A stretch of DNA of 64,000 nt from NCBI GenBank assembly GCA_036689515.1, contig CP144846.1, positions 166,081-230,080 on the forward strand. The letters run 5' to 3'. The DNA comes from Candidatus Stammera capleta (GTDB taxonomy: Bacteria; Pseudomonadota; Gammaproteobacteria; Enterobacterales; Enterobacteriaceae). The first letter of the stretch is position 1, and each line of letters opens with the position of its first letter. Under the pieces are notes generated by a model that did no database searches, was not told where the DNA came from, and worked only from the letters and a program-made list of their open reading frames with translations. A program made the position numbers and the translations under genes. Below, one piece after another: positions 12,063-23,209 of this stretch.

Positions 12063-13157
12063 TTAATTTTTTAATAAATTAATACAATTAAATATTTTAA
12101 AAATATTTTTAAGATATTTAATTATAGATTTTTTACTATATGTCATTCATGATCTAGGATCATAAAACTTTTTATTAGGATTATTAATTCCTTCAGGATT
12201 ACCTATTTGGTTATATAAAAAATATTTATATTTTTTATAATACTTTAAAATACCTTTTCATGAAGATCATTGTATATCAGTATCTAAATTAATTTTAATT
12301 ACACCATAATTAATAGATTCATTTATAATTTTAATTTCTGTTCCAGAACCACCATGAAAAACAAAATTTAAAATATTAATTTCTTTATTAACTATATTTA
12401 ACTTATTATTTATTAGTAATTGAGCTTGTTTTAATATATTAGGTTTTAAAATAACATTACCAGGATTATATACACCATGTACATTTCCAAAAGAAGCAGC
12501 AATAGTAAAATTATCACTTATTTTAATTAAGTGCTTATATGCATATAATATGCTACTAGGATTAGTATATAATTTACTTTTTTCTATATTAATATTATCT
12601 AAACCATCTTCTTCTCCTCCAACACATCCTAATTCAATTTCTAAACCTAAATTAAAATTTTTCATTTTATTCAAATAATAACAAGAAATATCTATATTTT
12701 CTTTCAATGAACAATTAGATAAATCTATCATATGAGATGTAAATAAAGATTTACCATATGATAAAAAAAAATCTTTATTATATTCTAATAAAGAATCAAT
12801 TCACTGTAAATTATTTTTAATACAATGATCAGTATGTAAAATTACAGGTACTTTATAAAATAAAGAAGCTTCATGAATATATTTAGCAGCTAATATTGAT
12901 CCTAAAACAGAAGATTTAAATACATTTTTATCAACTTTATTTTTACCTATAAAAAAACTAGATCCTGAAAATGAAAATTGAATTATTACAATTGTATTAT
13001 ACTTATTAGCAGCTTCTAAAACAGAATTAATAGAATTATTATCTATACAATTTATAGCTGCTAAAGCTATTTTTTTTTTTTTTAAAAAAGAAAATATTTT
13101 AATTAACTTATCACCACTTATTACACCATAATTAATAAATTTAAATAAATTATTCAT
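12063..13157 (-). CDS. fbaA: Fructose-bisphosphate aldolase, class II
   Basis: Track ORFs 12801..13157 and 12267..12731 are in one frame. VPVILHTDHC, LFTSHMIDLS, LEIELGCVGGEEDG, FTIAASFGNVHGVY, FVFHGGSG and LDTDIQ-W are near-identical to E. coli FbaA blocks. Confidence 0.92.
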
Positions 13158-13169
13158 AATCTATACTTT

Positions 13170-14315
13170 TTATTTAGTTAATAATTTAAAAATAGGTAAT
13201 TCTTTATTTTCAATAAATTTTAAAAATGCTCCACCACCAGTAGATATATAAGAAATTTTATCTTCTATTTTTAATAATTCTATTGCAGCTATAGTATCAC
13301 CACCACCAACAATTGAAAAAGCTTTACTATTAATTATAGATTTAGATATTATTTCAGTACCTCTTCTGAAATTAACAAATTCAAATACTCCTACAGGTCC
13401 ATTTCATAATATAGTTTTAGATTTTAAAATTATATTAGACAATAACTTTAAAGTTTTATCTCCTAAATCCATTATTTCTTCATCATATTCTATATCAAAT
13501 AACTCTTTATTTCATGATAATGCGTTTTTTGTAAAATCTTTTCCTACTCTACAATCTACAGGGAAAGGAATATTATATTTTTTTAACATTTCATTTGCTA
13601 CATCCAAAAAAGTTGGTTCATATAATGATTTACCAACATTAAATTTTGTAGCTATAAAAGTATTAGAAATACCACCCCCTAAAACTAAAGTATCAGATAT
13701 TTTAGCTAAAGAATTTAAAAAATTTAATTTAGTAGATATTTTTGCTCCTCCTATTATAGAAACCATAGGTCTTTTGGGTTTATCTATAATTTTAGATAAG
13801 TTTTTTATTTCAGATAAAAACAACAAACCTAAACAAGATAAATTAACAAATTTACAAATACCATATGTCGAAGAATGTTTACGATGTGATGTAGCAAAAG
13901 CATCCATTATAAATATATCACATAATTCAGAATATCTTTTAGATAATTTATCATCATTAGATATTTCACCTATATTAAATCTAACATTTTCTAACATAAT
14001 AATTTCATCATTACCTATAATAATATTATTATATAAATAATCAGAAACTAATCTAACTTTATATTTTAATATATATTCTAATTTTTTAGCAATAGGTAAT
14101 AATGAATAATTTTCATCATAAACACCCTCTTTAGGTCTACCCAAATGAGATGCTAAAATTAATTTAGCTCCTTTTAACATTAATTTTTTTATTGTAGGTA
14201 AAACAGAAATAATTCTTTTATCAGATAAAATAGTCTTTCCATTAATTGGAACATTAAAATCTACTCTTAAAAATACTCTTTTATTAAATAATTGCAAATC
14301 ATTAATATTTATCAT
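13170..14315 (-). CDS. pgk: Phosphoglycerate kinase
   Basis: RVDFNVP, ASHLGRP, MLENVRF and MDAFATSHR appear, then after [13 protein letters not shown] and [10 protein letters not shown]. The pgk-fbaA order is as in E. coli. Confidence 0.92.
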
Positions 14316-14417
14316 TTAAATTTAAATTTCTATAAAATATATTTATATTATTATATCAAATTATAAAACAATAAAAATTAATATTTTTAAAAAATTATTA
14401 TAATTTAAATTTAAAAA

Positions 14418-14945
14418 TTATAATTTAAATATTTCTACCATTAAATAAGATATTCATTTATTAACTTTATTTATATTTTCTATATTACTACTATTTTCAT
14501 CTAATAATAAACCTAAAGAATAATTTTTATTTAATAATGTTTTAGAATAAAAAAAATTATAATTACTTAAATATCAATTACCTAATACAATAAAATTATT
14601 ATTATTTTTTAATAAAGAAATATATAATTTATATACACCATCACAAAAAACATTACTATAAATAAATTGATTATCTATTCCAAAAAATGCTACTATTTTA
14701 CTTTTCAAAATAAATGATTTATTTTTAACAAAAAATCCTTTTCAATCTTTTTGAAGATTTCCATAATATGAAGTATATGTACCTAAAATTAATATATCAA
14801 ATTTATTTAAATCATATATTTCAGATTTTGATATATTAAAAATTTTTGAATAAAAATATCTTTTAATTTTCTTATAAATAAAATTAGAAAAATAACGAAC
14901 ATTTCCTATATCACAACCATAAAAAATACCTATTTTTTTAATCAT
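14418..14945 (-). CDS. fldA: Flavodoxin
   Basis: IGIFYGCDIGN, FDILILGTYTSYYGNLQKD-W and VAFFGIDNQ align with E. coli FldA ([39 protein letters not shown]). The protein is about 175 aa. Confidence 0.85.
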
Positions 14946-15072
14946 ATAATTTTATAATTAACAATTTAATTTTAATATACTTATTAATAATTAATATATT
15001 TATATATATCATATGATTTAAATAATTTATTATTAAATTATTTAATTAATATAAAATTTCATTAAAATTATA

Positions 15073-15987
15073 TTATATTTTATAAATTAAAAAATCATAC
15101 GCTAAAATTGTATATTTAAATATATCTCTACTTTTTTTTAACATTGTTGATAAATCATTATATTTATATCTATTACTAAAATGAGTAATAATTAAATTTT
15201 TTACATTATATTTTTTTGCTAATAATGCTGCTTGTATATTAGTTGAATGTCCTCTAATATTAGCAATATATTTTAATTCATCACTCAAAGTTGCTTCATG
15301 TATTAAAATATCCGCATTAAATAAAATATCTAAATTAAAATTTAAAGGTGCTGTATCACCTAAAATAAAAATTTTTTTACTTCTAATTTTTTTACCTATA
15401 TATTTTTTACAATTAATAATTTTATTATTATTTAATAATATACTTTTATTAAATTTAATTTTTTTATAAATTGGACCTGGATAAATTCCATCTTTAATTA
15501 ACTTTTCAGTTTTTAATGAACCAGTTTTACTAAATTTTTTTATATAATAACCTAAACATTTAATATTATGATTTAAATTAAAACTAGTAACTTTATATAT
15601 ACCATTATTAAATATTTCACCATCATCTATTTCATAAATCTTAAATGAAAAACTAATATAAGAATTAGTAATTTTTAATGAATTTAAAATATAATCTTTA
15701 ATACCTTTAACACCATAAATTTCTAATGAATATTTTATAAAATTTATAGACATAGAAGTTAATAAACCTATTAAACCAAATATATGATCACCATGTAAAT
15801 GAGTAATAAAAATTTTTTTAATTTTAGTTAATTTTAAAGAAGTTTTTAATATTTGATGCTGAGTAGCTTCTCCACAATCAAATAATCAAATTTCATAACT
15901 AGGTACATCTAAAATTAAAGCAATACTTGTAACATTTCTATTAAATGTAGGAGATCCAGCACTTGTACCTAAAAATTGAATAAACAT
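15073..15987 (-). CDS. rbn: Ribonuclease Z / RNase BN (metallo-beta-lactamase fold)
   Basis: N-terminus MFIQFLGTSAGSPTFNRNVTSIAL...W-LFDCGEATQHQIL...ITHLHGDHIFGL matches E. coli Rbn (LGTSAGVPTRTRNVTA..LWLFDCGEGTQHQLL..ISHLHGDHLFGL). The C-terminal part has HEATL, GHST and ITHFSNRY. Confidence 0.85.
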
Positions 15988-16140
15988 TTTTTTTAAAACT
16001 ATTTATTAAAATTTAATAATATATTAATATTATATAAAAAAATATATAAATATTAATATATTTTAATAAAATTAAATATTATTTTTAATATAAATAATTA
16101 TAAAATTAAATTTTAAAATAAATAAAAAAAATAAAAATAT

Positions 16141-17094
16141 ATGATTAAAAAAATAGGTATTTTAACAAGTGGAGGAGATGCTCCAGGAATGAATACTGTT
16201 ATAAATAGTATAGTATTAAATTCAATAAAAAACAAAATAAAAGTATATGGAATATATAATGGATATTATGGATTATTTAATAATAAATTTAAATTATTAA
16301 ATAAAAAACATATTTTAAATATTAATAATAAAGGTGGAACTATATTAGGTTCTTCAAGATTTAATTTATTAAAAACAAATAACATTAATAAAAAAATAAT
16401 TAAAAAAATAAAATCAAAAATAGATATTTTAATAATTATAGGTGGTGAAGGATCATATAAAGGTGCACTAAAATTAAATAATTTAAAATTACCTTGTATT
16501 ACAATACCAGGTACTATAGATAATGATATATATGGAACTGACTATACTATAGGATTTTCTACTTCATTAGAAAATATTACAAAATATATTGACAATATTA
16601 AATATACTATAGAATCTCATAATAGAATTATGTTAATAGAAGTTATGGGTAAAAAATGTGGAGATTTAGCTATATTTTCATCTATAGCAAGTAATTGTAA
16701 ATATTTTATTATTCCTGAAATTAATTATGATATTAACAATATTATTTTTAATATAAACAAAAAAAAAAATAAAAATTATATTATAATAATTACCGAAAAT
16801 ATTGTTAATATAAAAAAATTATCTATTAAAATAGAAAATCTTACTAATAAAGAAACTAGATATACTTCACTTGGATATATCCAAAGAGGAGGAATACCAA
16901 ATACATTTGATAGAATTCTTGCACATAGAATAGGATTTTATACAATTAATAAATTAATAAAGAAAAATATTACAGGAATATGTGTAGGAATAAAAAAAAA
17001 TAAAATAATACATTATAAACTAAAAAATTTTAAACAAAAAAAAAATAAAAAATTAAATAAAGAATTTTTAAAAATTGTTAAAAATTTAAATTAA
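16141..17094 (+). CDS. pfkA: ATP-dependent 6-phosphofructokinase
   Basis: This is a single intact track ORF. GILTSGGDAPGMN, IGGEGSY, IPGTIDND and MGKKCGDLA are PfkA motifs. Confidence 0.92.
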   Translation: MIKKIGILTSGGDAPGMNTVINSIVLNSIKNKIKVYGIYNGYYGLFNNKFKLLNKKHILNINNKGGTILGSSRFNLLKTNNINKKIIKKIKSKIDILIIIGGEGSYKGALKLNNLKLPCITIPGTIDNDIYGTDYTIGFSTSLENITKYIDNIKYTIESHNRIMLIEVMGKKCGDLAIFSSIASNCKYFIIPEINYDINNIIFNINKKKNKNYIIIITENIVNIKKLSIKIENLTNKETRYTSLGYIQRGGIPNTFDRILAHRIGFYTINKLIKKNITGICVGIKKNKIIHYKLKNFKQKKNKKLNKEFLKIVKNLN

Positions 17095-17118
17095 TTATTA
17101 AAATATTTTTCAATAAAT

Positions 17119-18747
17119 ATGATATTTATTAAAAATAAAAATTTTATTTATAATATTATAAATAAAGATTTAAAAAATAAAAAATATAAAAATATTATTA
17201 CCAGATTTGCTCCAGAACCCAATGGTTATTTACATATAGGACATATTAAATCTATATATTTAAATTATAAAATTTCAAAAGATTATAAAGGAAAATTTTA
17301 TTTAAGATTTGATGATACTAATCCTGAAACATCAAAAAATAAATATATTAAATCTATTATAAAAAATATAAAATGATTAGGATTTAATTGAAATGGAAAA
17401 ATAAAATATGCTTCCGATTATTTTGAATTATATTATAAATATGCTAAAAATTTAATTATTAATGGATGAGCATATGTTGATCAACTTACTAAAAAAGAAA
17501 TTAAATTAACAAAAGGTACATTAACAACTTTAGGAATTAATAGTCCTTATAGAAATAGAACTATTGAAAAAAATCTAGAATTATTTAATAAAATGAAAAA
17601 TGGTGTATTTAAAAAAGGCAATATATGTTTAAGAGCCAAAATAAATATGAAATCACCAAATTTAATTTTACGAGATCCAGTATTATATAGAATAAAATAT
17701 TATATACACCATAGAACAAAAAATAAATGATGTATATATCCAACATATGATTTTGCTCATTGTATAGCTGATTCAATAGAAAAAATATCACATTCTATTT
17801 GCACTTTAGAATTCATAAATAATAATATTTTATATAAATGAATACTTAAAAAAATAAATTCTAAACATATACCTACACAATGTGAATTTTCAAAATTAAA
17901 TTTAACATTTAATGTAACTTCTAAAAGAAAAATTAAATATTTAATAAAAAAAAAAATAATAAAAAAATGAAATGATCCAAGATTATTAACAATATCTGGA
18001 TTAAAAAATAGAGGTTATACACCTACAATTATAATAAATTTTTGTAAATCTTTAGGTATAAGTAAACAAGAAAATATATTAGATATTTCTATATTAGAAA
18101 AACAATTAAAAAAAAAATTAAATAAAAATCTAGAAAGAAGAATAGCAATAATTAATCCTATTAAAATTTATATTTTAAATATAAAAAATAAATATACTTT
18201 TAATATACTTAAACATCCTTTAAATCCAACTTTAGGTACTAGAAAAATTACACTTTATTCAAAAATATTTATTGATAAATATGATTTTAAAAAAATATAC
18301 AATGAAAAATTAAATATTAAAAAAAAAATAAAACTTAAATATGCTGGAATATTAAAAATAATAAAAGTAAAAAAAAATACTAATAAAAAAATTGTATTTA
18401 TACAATGTAAATATATTAAATTTAATAATTTTAAAAGAAATAATAAATTAAAAATAATTCATTGAATATCAATTAAAAATTCTATTTCTACTAAATTTAG
18501 ATTATTTAATAAATTATTTAATACAAAATATATAAATAAAAAAAAAAATTTAATAAAAAATATAAATTTAAATTCAATAATAATTAAAAAAGGTTATATA
18601 GAAAAAAACATCATTAAAGAAAAAAACAAAATTTTTCAATTTGAAAGAGAAGGTTATTTTAAGTATAATAAAAAATTAAGTAATAAATATAAATATATTA
18701 TATTTGATAGAATTATAGAATTAAGTAATAATAATAAATTTAAATAA
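17119..18747 (+). CDS. glnS: Glutaminyl-tRNA synthetase
   Basis: [15 protein letters not shown] (HIGH motif), [19 protein letters not shown] and VTSKRK (KMSKS-like) are present. Track ORF 17119..17376 extends in frame through TGA codons to TAA 18745. Confidence 0.9.
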
Positions 18748-18774
18748 TATTAATTAATAAAAAAAAGGTAAATA

Positions 18775-19215
18775 ATGAAAATAAAACAAAAAAAAAATTT
18801 TTTTTTAAATATATTATCTTTAGCTGGAGTTAAACCATATAAAATAAAAAAAAATGAAAAATATATGAATATTAATCAAATTAATCATTTTAAAAAAATA
18901 TTATTAGCAATATATTATCAATTAACTAATAATAATAAAAAAAATTTATTTAATAATAAAGAAACAATTAATTTTCCTGATCCAATAGATAGAGCAGTTC
19001 AAGAAGAAGAATTCACTACTAATTTAATTAACAAACATAGACAAAATAAATTAATAAATAAAATAGAAAAAACAATTAAAAAAATTAAAGAAAATAATTT
19101 TGGTTATTGTAATACATGTGGAACAGAAATAGGAATTAAAAGACTAGAAGCACAACCCACTGCTAGTTTATGTATAGATTGTAAAATGTTATCTGAAATA
19201 AAGAAAAAAAAATAA
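18775..19215 (+). CDS. dksA: RNA polymerase-binding transcription factor DksA
   Basis: [15 protein letters not shown] and [30 protein letters not shown] (four-Cys zinc finger) are nearly identical to E. coli DksA. Confidence 0.9.
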   Translation: MKIKQKKNFFLNILSLAGVKPYKIKKNEKYMNINQINHFKKILLAIYYQLTNNNKKNLFNNKETINFPDPIDRAVQEEEFTTNLINKHRQNKLINKIEKTIKKIKENNFGYCNTCGTEIGIKRLEAQPTASLCIDCKMLSEIKKKK

Positions 19216-19272
19216 AATAATTAATAAATAATACAATATATTATTTATTTTAAAAATATATTTATAATTTAA

Positions 19273-19992
19273 ATGTTAAAATTATATAAATTTAATAATT
19301 TAAATAAAAATATAAACATATGTTTATACAATATTTATTATATTAATAATATAATAGAATTTAAAAAATATAATCAATATATTAATAATATATTAAATTC
19401 AAAAAAAATTATTAAAATTTTAAATAAAATATGTAAATCAATAAATTGTAAAATTATATATATAAATAAAAAAAAATATTGTAATGGAATAAATATTTAT
19501 ATATTAATAAATGATAATATAAATAATAAAATAACAATATCATATAATATAAATTATATTTATTTTAATATATATACATATAATTATAACAATATTTATT
19601 TTTTTAAAATAGATATTAATATATATACATGCAGCATAAAAAATCCATTAAAAAGTATTAATTATATAATTAACAAATTTAAATCTAATATAATTGTTAT
19701 AGACTATAAAATTAGAGGTTATAATTTAGATATAAATAATAAAAAAATTTTTTTAGACCATAAAATTAATTCCATACAAAATTTTATTAGTAAAAATATA
19801 AAAAAAAAATATGACATTATAGATATTAATATTTATCAAGAAAATATTTTTTATACAAAAATGATTTCTAAATATATAAAAAAAAATTTCTTAAAATTTA
19901 AATTTAACATTAAAAATAAAATAAATAAAAAAAAATTATATTTAATATTACAAGAAATATATGAAATTTACTATTCTAAAAATATTAATTAA
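19273..19992 (+). CDS. speD: S-adenosylmethionine decarboxylase proenzyme
   Basis: LKLYKFNNLNKNINICLYNIYYI, YTCS..NPLKSINYIINKFKSNIIVIDYKIRGYNLDINNKKIFLDHKINSIQNF and DINIYQENIFYTKM align with E. coli SpeD. Confidence 0.8.
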   Translation: MLKLYKFNNLNKNINICLYNIYYINNIIEFKKYNQYINNILNSKKIIKILNKICKSINCKIIYINKKKYCNGINIYILINDNINNKITISYNINYIYFNIYTYNYNNIYFFKIDINIYTCSIKNPLKSINYIINKFKSNIIVIDYKIRGYNLDINNKKIFLDHKINSIQNFISKNIKKKYDIIDINIYQENIFYTKMISKYIKKNFLKFKFNIKNKINKKKLYLILQEIYEIYYSKNIN

Positions 19993-20744
19993 TCAAATAA
20001 AGTTAATATCTTATAACCTGTATTAGTTACTAATATAGTATATTCATACTGAGCTGATAAAGATTTATCTACAGTTTTTACTGTTCAACCATCTTTCATT
20101 AACTTAGTTTTATTACTTCCTAAATTTATCATAGGTTCAATAGTAAAAATCATACCAGGTATAAATTTTATATTGCATTTATTTTTATAATGCAAAATTT
20201 GAGGTTCTTCATGAAGATTCATACCTATACCATGTCCACAATAATATTTTACTACAGAATAACCAAAAGATTCTACATATTCTTGTATAATATTACCAAT
20301 AATATTAATTTTATAACCTGGCTTAACATAATTTAAAGCTTTAAATATACTATTTTTAGTTACTTTACATAATTTTATTGCATTTAAATTAGGTTTTCCA
20401 ACAAAAAACATTTTAGATGCATCAGAATAATAATTATTTTTACAAATACTAATATCAATATTTATAATGTCACCATCTTTTAAATATTGATTATAACTAG
20501 GTATCCCATGACATACTACATCATTTATAGACGTACAAATTGATTTAGGATAATTCATATAACCTAAAGAAGCAGGTAAAGCTTTATAAAAATTTATTAT
20601 TCTATTATTACAAATATCATCTATTTCTCCTGTAGAAATACCAGGTTTAACAAAATGTTTAATATAATTTAACATTTTACATACTATACGTGAAACTGAA
20701 ATTATATTTTTAATATCTTTTAATGTTTTAATATTTATATACAT
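19989..20744 (-). CDS. map: Methionine aminopeptidase, type I
   Basis: ICTSINDVVCHGIP, GDIINIDIS, YCGHGIG and FTIEPM are present, then TGA at G-W-TVKT. It lies divergent from rpsB as in E. coli. Its 3' end overlaps the speD stop by 4 nt. Confidence 0.9.
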
Positions 20745-20835
20745 AAATTTATATTTAAATTAATAATATATTTTATTAAATAATAATATATATTATATAT
20801 ATAATATAATAGTTTGATTACTAATTTTTAAAATA

Positions 20836-21525
20836 ATGATTAATTTAAAATTATCAATTAAAGAAATGATAAAAGCAAATATACATTTTGGGCATCAAAC
20901 AAAATTTTGAAATCCTAAAATGAAAAAATATATTTATACAAAATTCAATAAAATACATATTATAAACTTAGAAAAAACATCATATTTTTTTAAAATAGCT
21001 TTATATGAATTATACTTAATGTTTAAAAATAAACAAAAAATTTTATTTATTGGAACTAAAAAAAATTCATATAAACAAATAAAAAATACAGCTATATATT
21101 GCAAACAATTTTACGTTAATAAAAGATGACTAGGAGGAATGTTAACAAATTGAAATACAGTAAAAAAATCAATTAAATATTTAAAAAATTTAGAATCAGA
21201 ACTTAAAAGTGGAATATGAAAAAAATTAACTAAGAAAGAATATTTATATAAACAAAAATTACTTAAAAAATTAAATAATAATTTAGGAGGAATAAAAAAT
21301 ATAAATACATTACCAGATGCTATATTTGTTATAGATGCTAAACATGAAAATTTAGCTATACAAGAAGCTAAAAAACTAAAAATTAAAATTTTTTCAATAG
21401 TTGATACTAATACTAATCCAGATGGAATAGACTATATTATTCCTGGAAATGATGATTCTATAAAATCTATAAATTGATATTTAAATCAAATTAATAAAAT
21501 TTATATATCAACTAAAAATAATTAA
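20836..21525 (+). CDS. rpsB: 30S ribosomal protein S2
   Basis: [35 protein letters not shown] and [17 protein letters not shown] match S2. Track ORF 20920..21129 is an internal fragment of it. Confidence 0.9.
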
Positions 21526-21526
21526 T

Positions 21527-22291
21527 ATGAATAATAAAATAAATCTTATTAAAAAAATAAGAAATATTACACAAATTAGTATTTTAAAATGTAAAAATGC
21601 ATTAATTAAAAATAATTTTGATTTAAATAAAACTTTAAAATACTTAAAAAACAAAAAATTTAATTTTACAAAAAATTCAAATTATGAATTTATTAATACA
21701 AAAACAAAAAAAAATAAAGCAGTAATAATTAAATTTTCATGTGAAACAGATTTTGTAAGTAAAACATATGAATTTAAAATATTTTCTAAAAATGTTATTA
21801 ATTTTATTTTAAATAATAAAAATATTACATTAAATTATATTAATAATATTTTTGAAAAAGAAAAAAATTATTTAATTTCAAAATTTAATGAAAATATTAT
21901 TATAAAAAAAATTTTTTATTTAAAAAATAAATACGTTAGTTCATATAATCATCTAAATAAAATAGGAGTTATATTATCTGCTAATAAAATAAATAATAAA
22001 AAAAAAATTAATAAAAAAAAATTAAAAAAAATAGCAGTTCATATAGCTTCAACAAAAACAAAATTTATTAATTTATCAAATATACCTAATTCAATATATA
22101 CTAAAACAAAAAATAAATTAATAAAATTAAAACTTAATAAATATAATTATAAAAAAAACATTAAAAATAAATTAAAAGAAATATGTCTTTTAAATCAATA
22201 TTTTTTATATAATAATAATATAAAAATAAAAAAATATTTAAACAAAAATAATATTAATATACTTAATTTTTATAAAATACAAATAAAATAA
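21527..22291 (+). CDS. tsf: Elongation factor Ts
   Basis: N-terminal IKKIRNITQISILKCKNALIKNNFDLNKTLKYLK matches the EF-Ts N-terminal domain. It directly follows rpsB. The remainder is very divergent. Confidence 0.8.
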   Translation: MNNKINLIKKIRNITQISILKCKNALIKNNFDLNKTLKYLKNKKFNFTKNSNYEFINTKTKKNKAVIIKFSCETDFVSKTYEFKIFSKNVINFILNNKNITLNYINNIFEKEKNYLISKFNENIIIKKIFYLKNKYVSSYNHLNKIGVILSANKINNKKKINKKKLKKIAVHIASTKTKFINLSNIPNSIYTKTKNKLIKLKLNKYNYKKNIKNKLKEICLLNQYFLYNNNIKIKKYLNKNNINILNFYKIQIK

Positions 22292-22316
22292 TATATAATA
22301 ATATATATAATTAATA

Positions 22317-22400
22317 GGAGGTATGGCCGAGAGGTTTATGGCAACGGTCTTGAAAACCGTCAACGATTATCGTTCGGGAGTTCGAATCTCTCTACCTCCG
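22317..22400 (+). tRNA. tRNA-Ser (anticodon UGA), no encoded CCA
   Basis: Acceptor GGAGGTA/TACCTCC with discriminator G. Anticodon stem ACGGT/ACCGT with loop CTTGAAA. It has a long variable arm (class II) and T-loop TTCGAAT. The next bases are TAT. Confidence 0.85.
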
Positions 22401-22412
22401 TATAAATTCATA

Positions 22413-23168
22413 ATGAAAAATATAAAATTAGAAAACTTTATTAATAAATATTTAAATAACAAAAAAATAAAAGATAAATCTATAAATGGATTACAAATAA
22501 TAGGTAAAAATAATATAAAAAAAATTTTATTTAGTGTAACTTTAAACTTACAATTAATTAAAACAGCTATTTTAAATAAATATGATAGCATTATTGTACA
22601 TCATGGAATGATGTGAAATAAAAATAAAATTAATATATATAATATTAAAAATAATAATTTTAAATTAATTAAAAAAAATAAAATTAATATATATACTTGA
22701 CATTTACCTTTAGATATACATCCTAAAATCGGTAATAATGTACTATTAGCAAAAAAATTAAATATTAAAATTAATATTTTCCCAAATAATAACAAACCTT
22801 ATTTAATAGGACAAATAAAAAATTTTAATTTAATTAATAAAATTAAATATAAATTTAAATATTTTATTTCTTATATAAGTAAAAAAAAAAAAATCAACAA
22901 AATATGTTTATGTACAGGTAATGGATCAAATTTTATAGAAAAAACTATATTAAAATATAATATCGATACATATATTACAGGTGAAATAACAGAAAATTCT
23001 TTATTTTTAATAAAAGAATATGATATTAATTTATTTGTAATAGGTCATCAACAATCAGAAATATATGGTATAAAAAAATTATGTAAATTAATAAAAAAAA
23101 AATTAAATATTAAAACAAAATATATTAATATAAAAAATTCATTGTTTAAACTAATTAATAAAAATTAG
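22413..23168 (+). CDS. ybgI: Nif3-family metal-binding protein YbgI
   Basis: MKNIKLENFINKYLN...INGLQIIGK...IIVHHGMM-W...NIYT-W-HLPLDIHPKIGNN...CTGNGSNFI...ITGEI align with E. coli YbgI. The gene ends at TAG 23166. Confidence 0.85.
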
Positions 23169-23209
23169 TTTATAACTATTATTTTATTATAAAAATAAAA
23201 TTTATAATT

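Noticed and set aside
12048-12071. A perfect 24-nt palindrome, aaaaattaataa/ttattaattttt, between convergent pmbA and fbaA, considered as a terminator.
   Set aside because: It is composed only of A and T, so the hairpin would be very weak. Palindromes of this kind are expected frequently by chance in sequence of this composition.
22323-22412. The first 30 codons of track ORF 22323..22616 (MAERFMATVLKTVNDYRSGVRISLPPYKFI).
   Set aside because: This segment is the tRNA-Ser gene read as protein. The real ybgI start is the ATG at 22413, matching E. coli MKNTELEQLIN.
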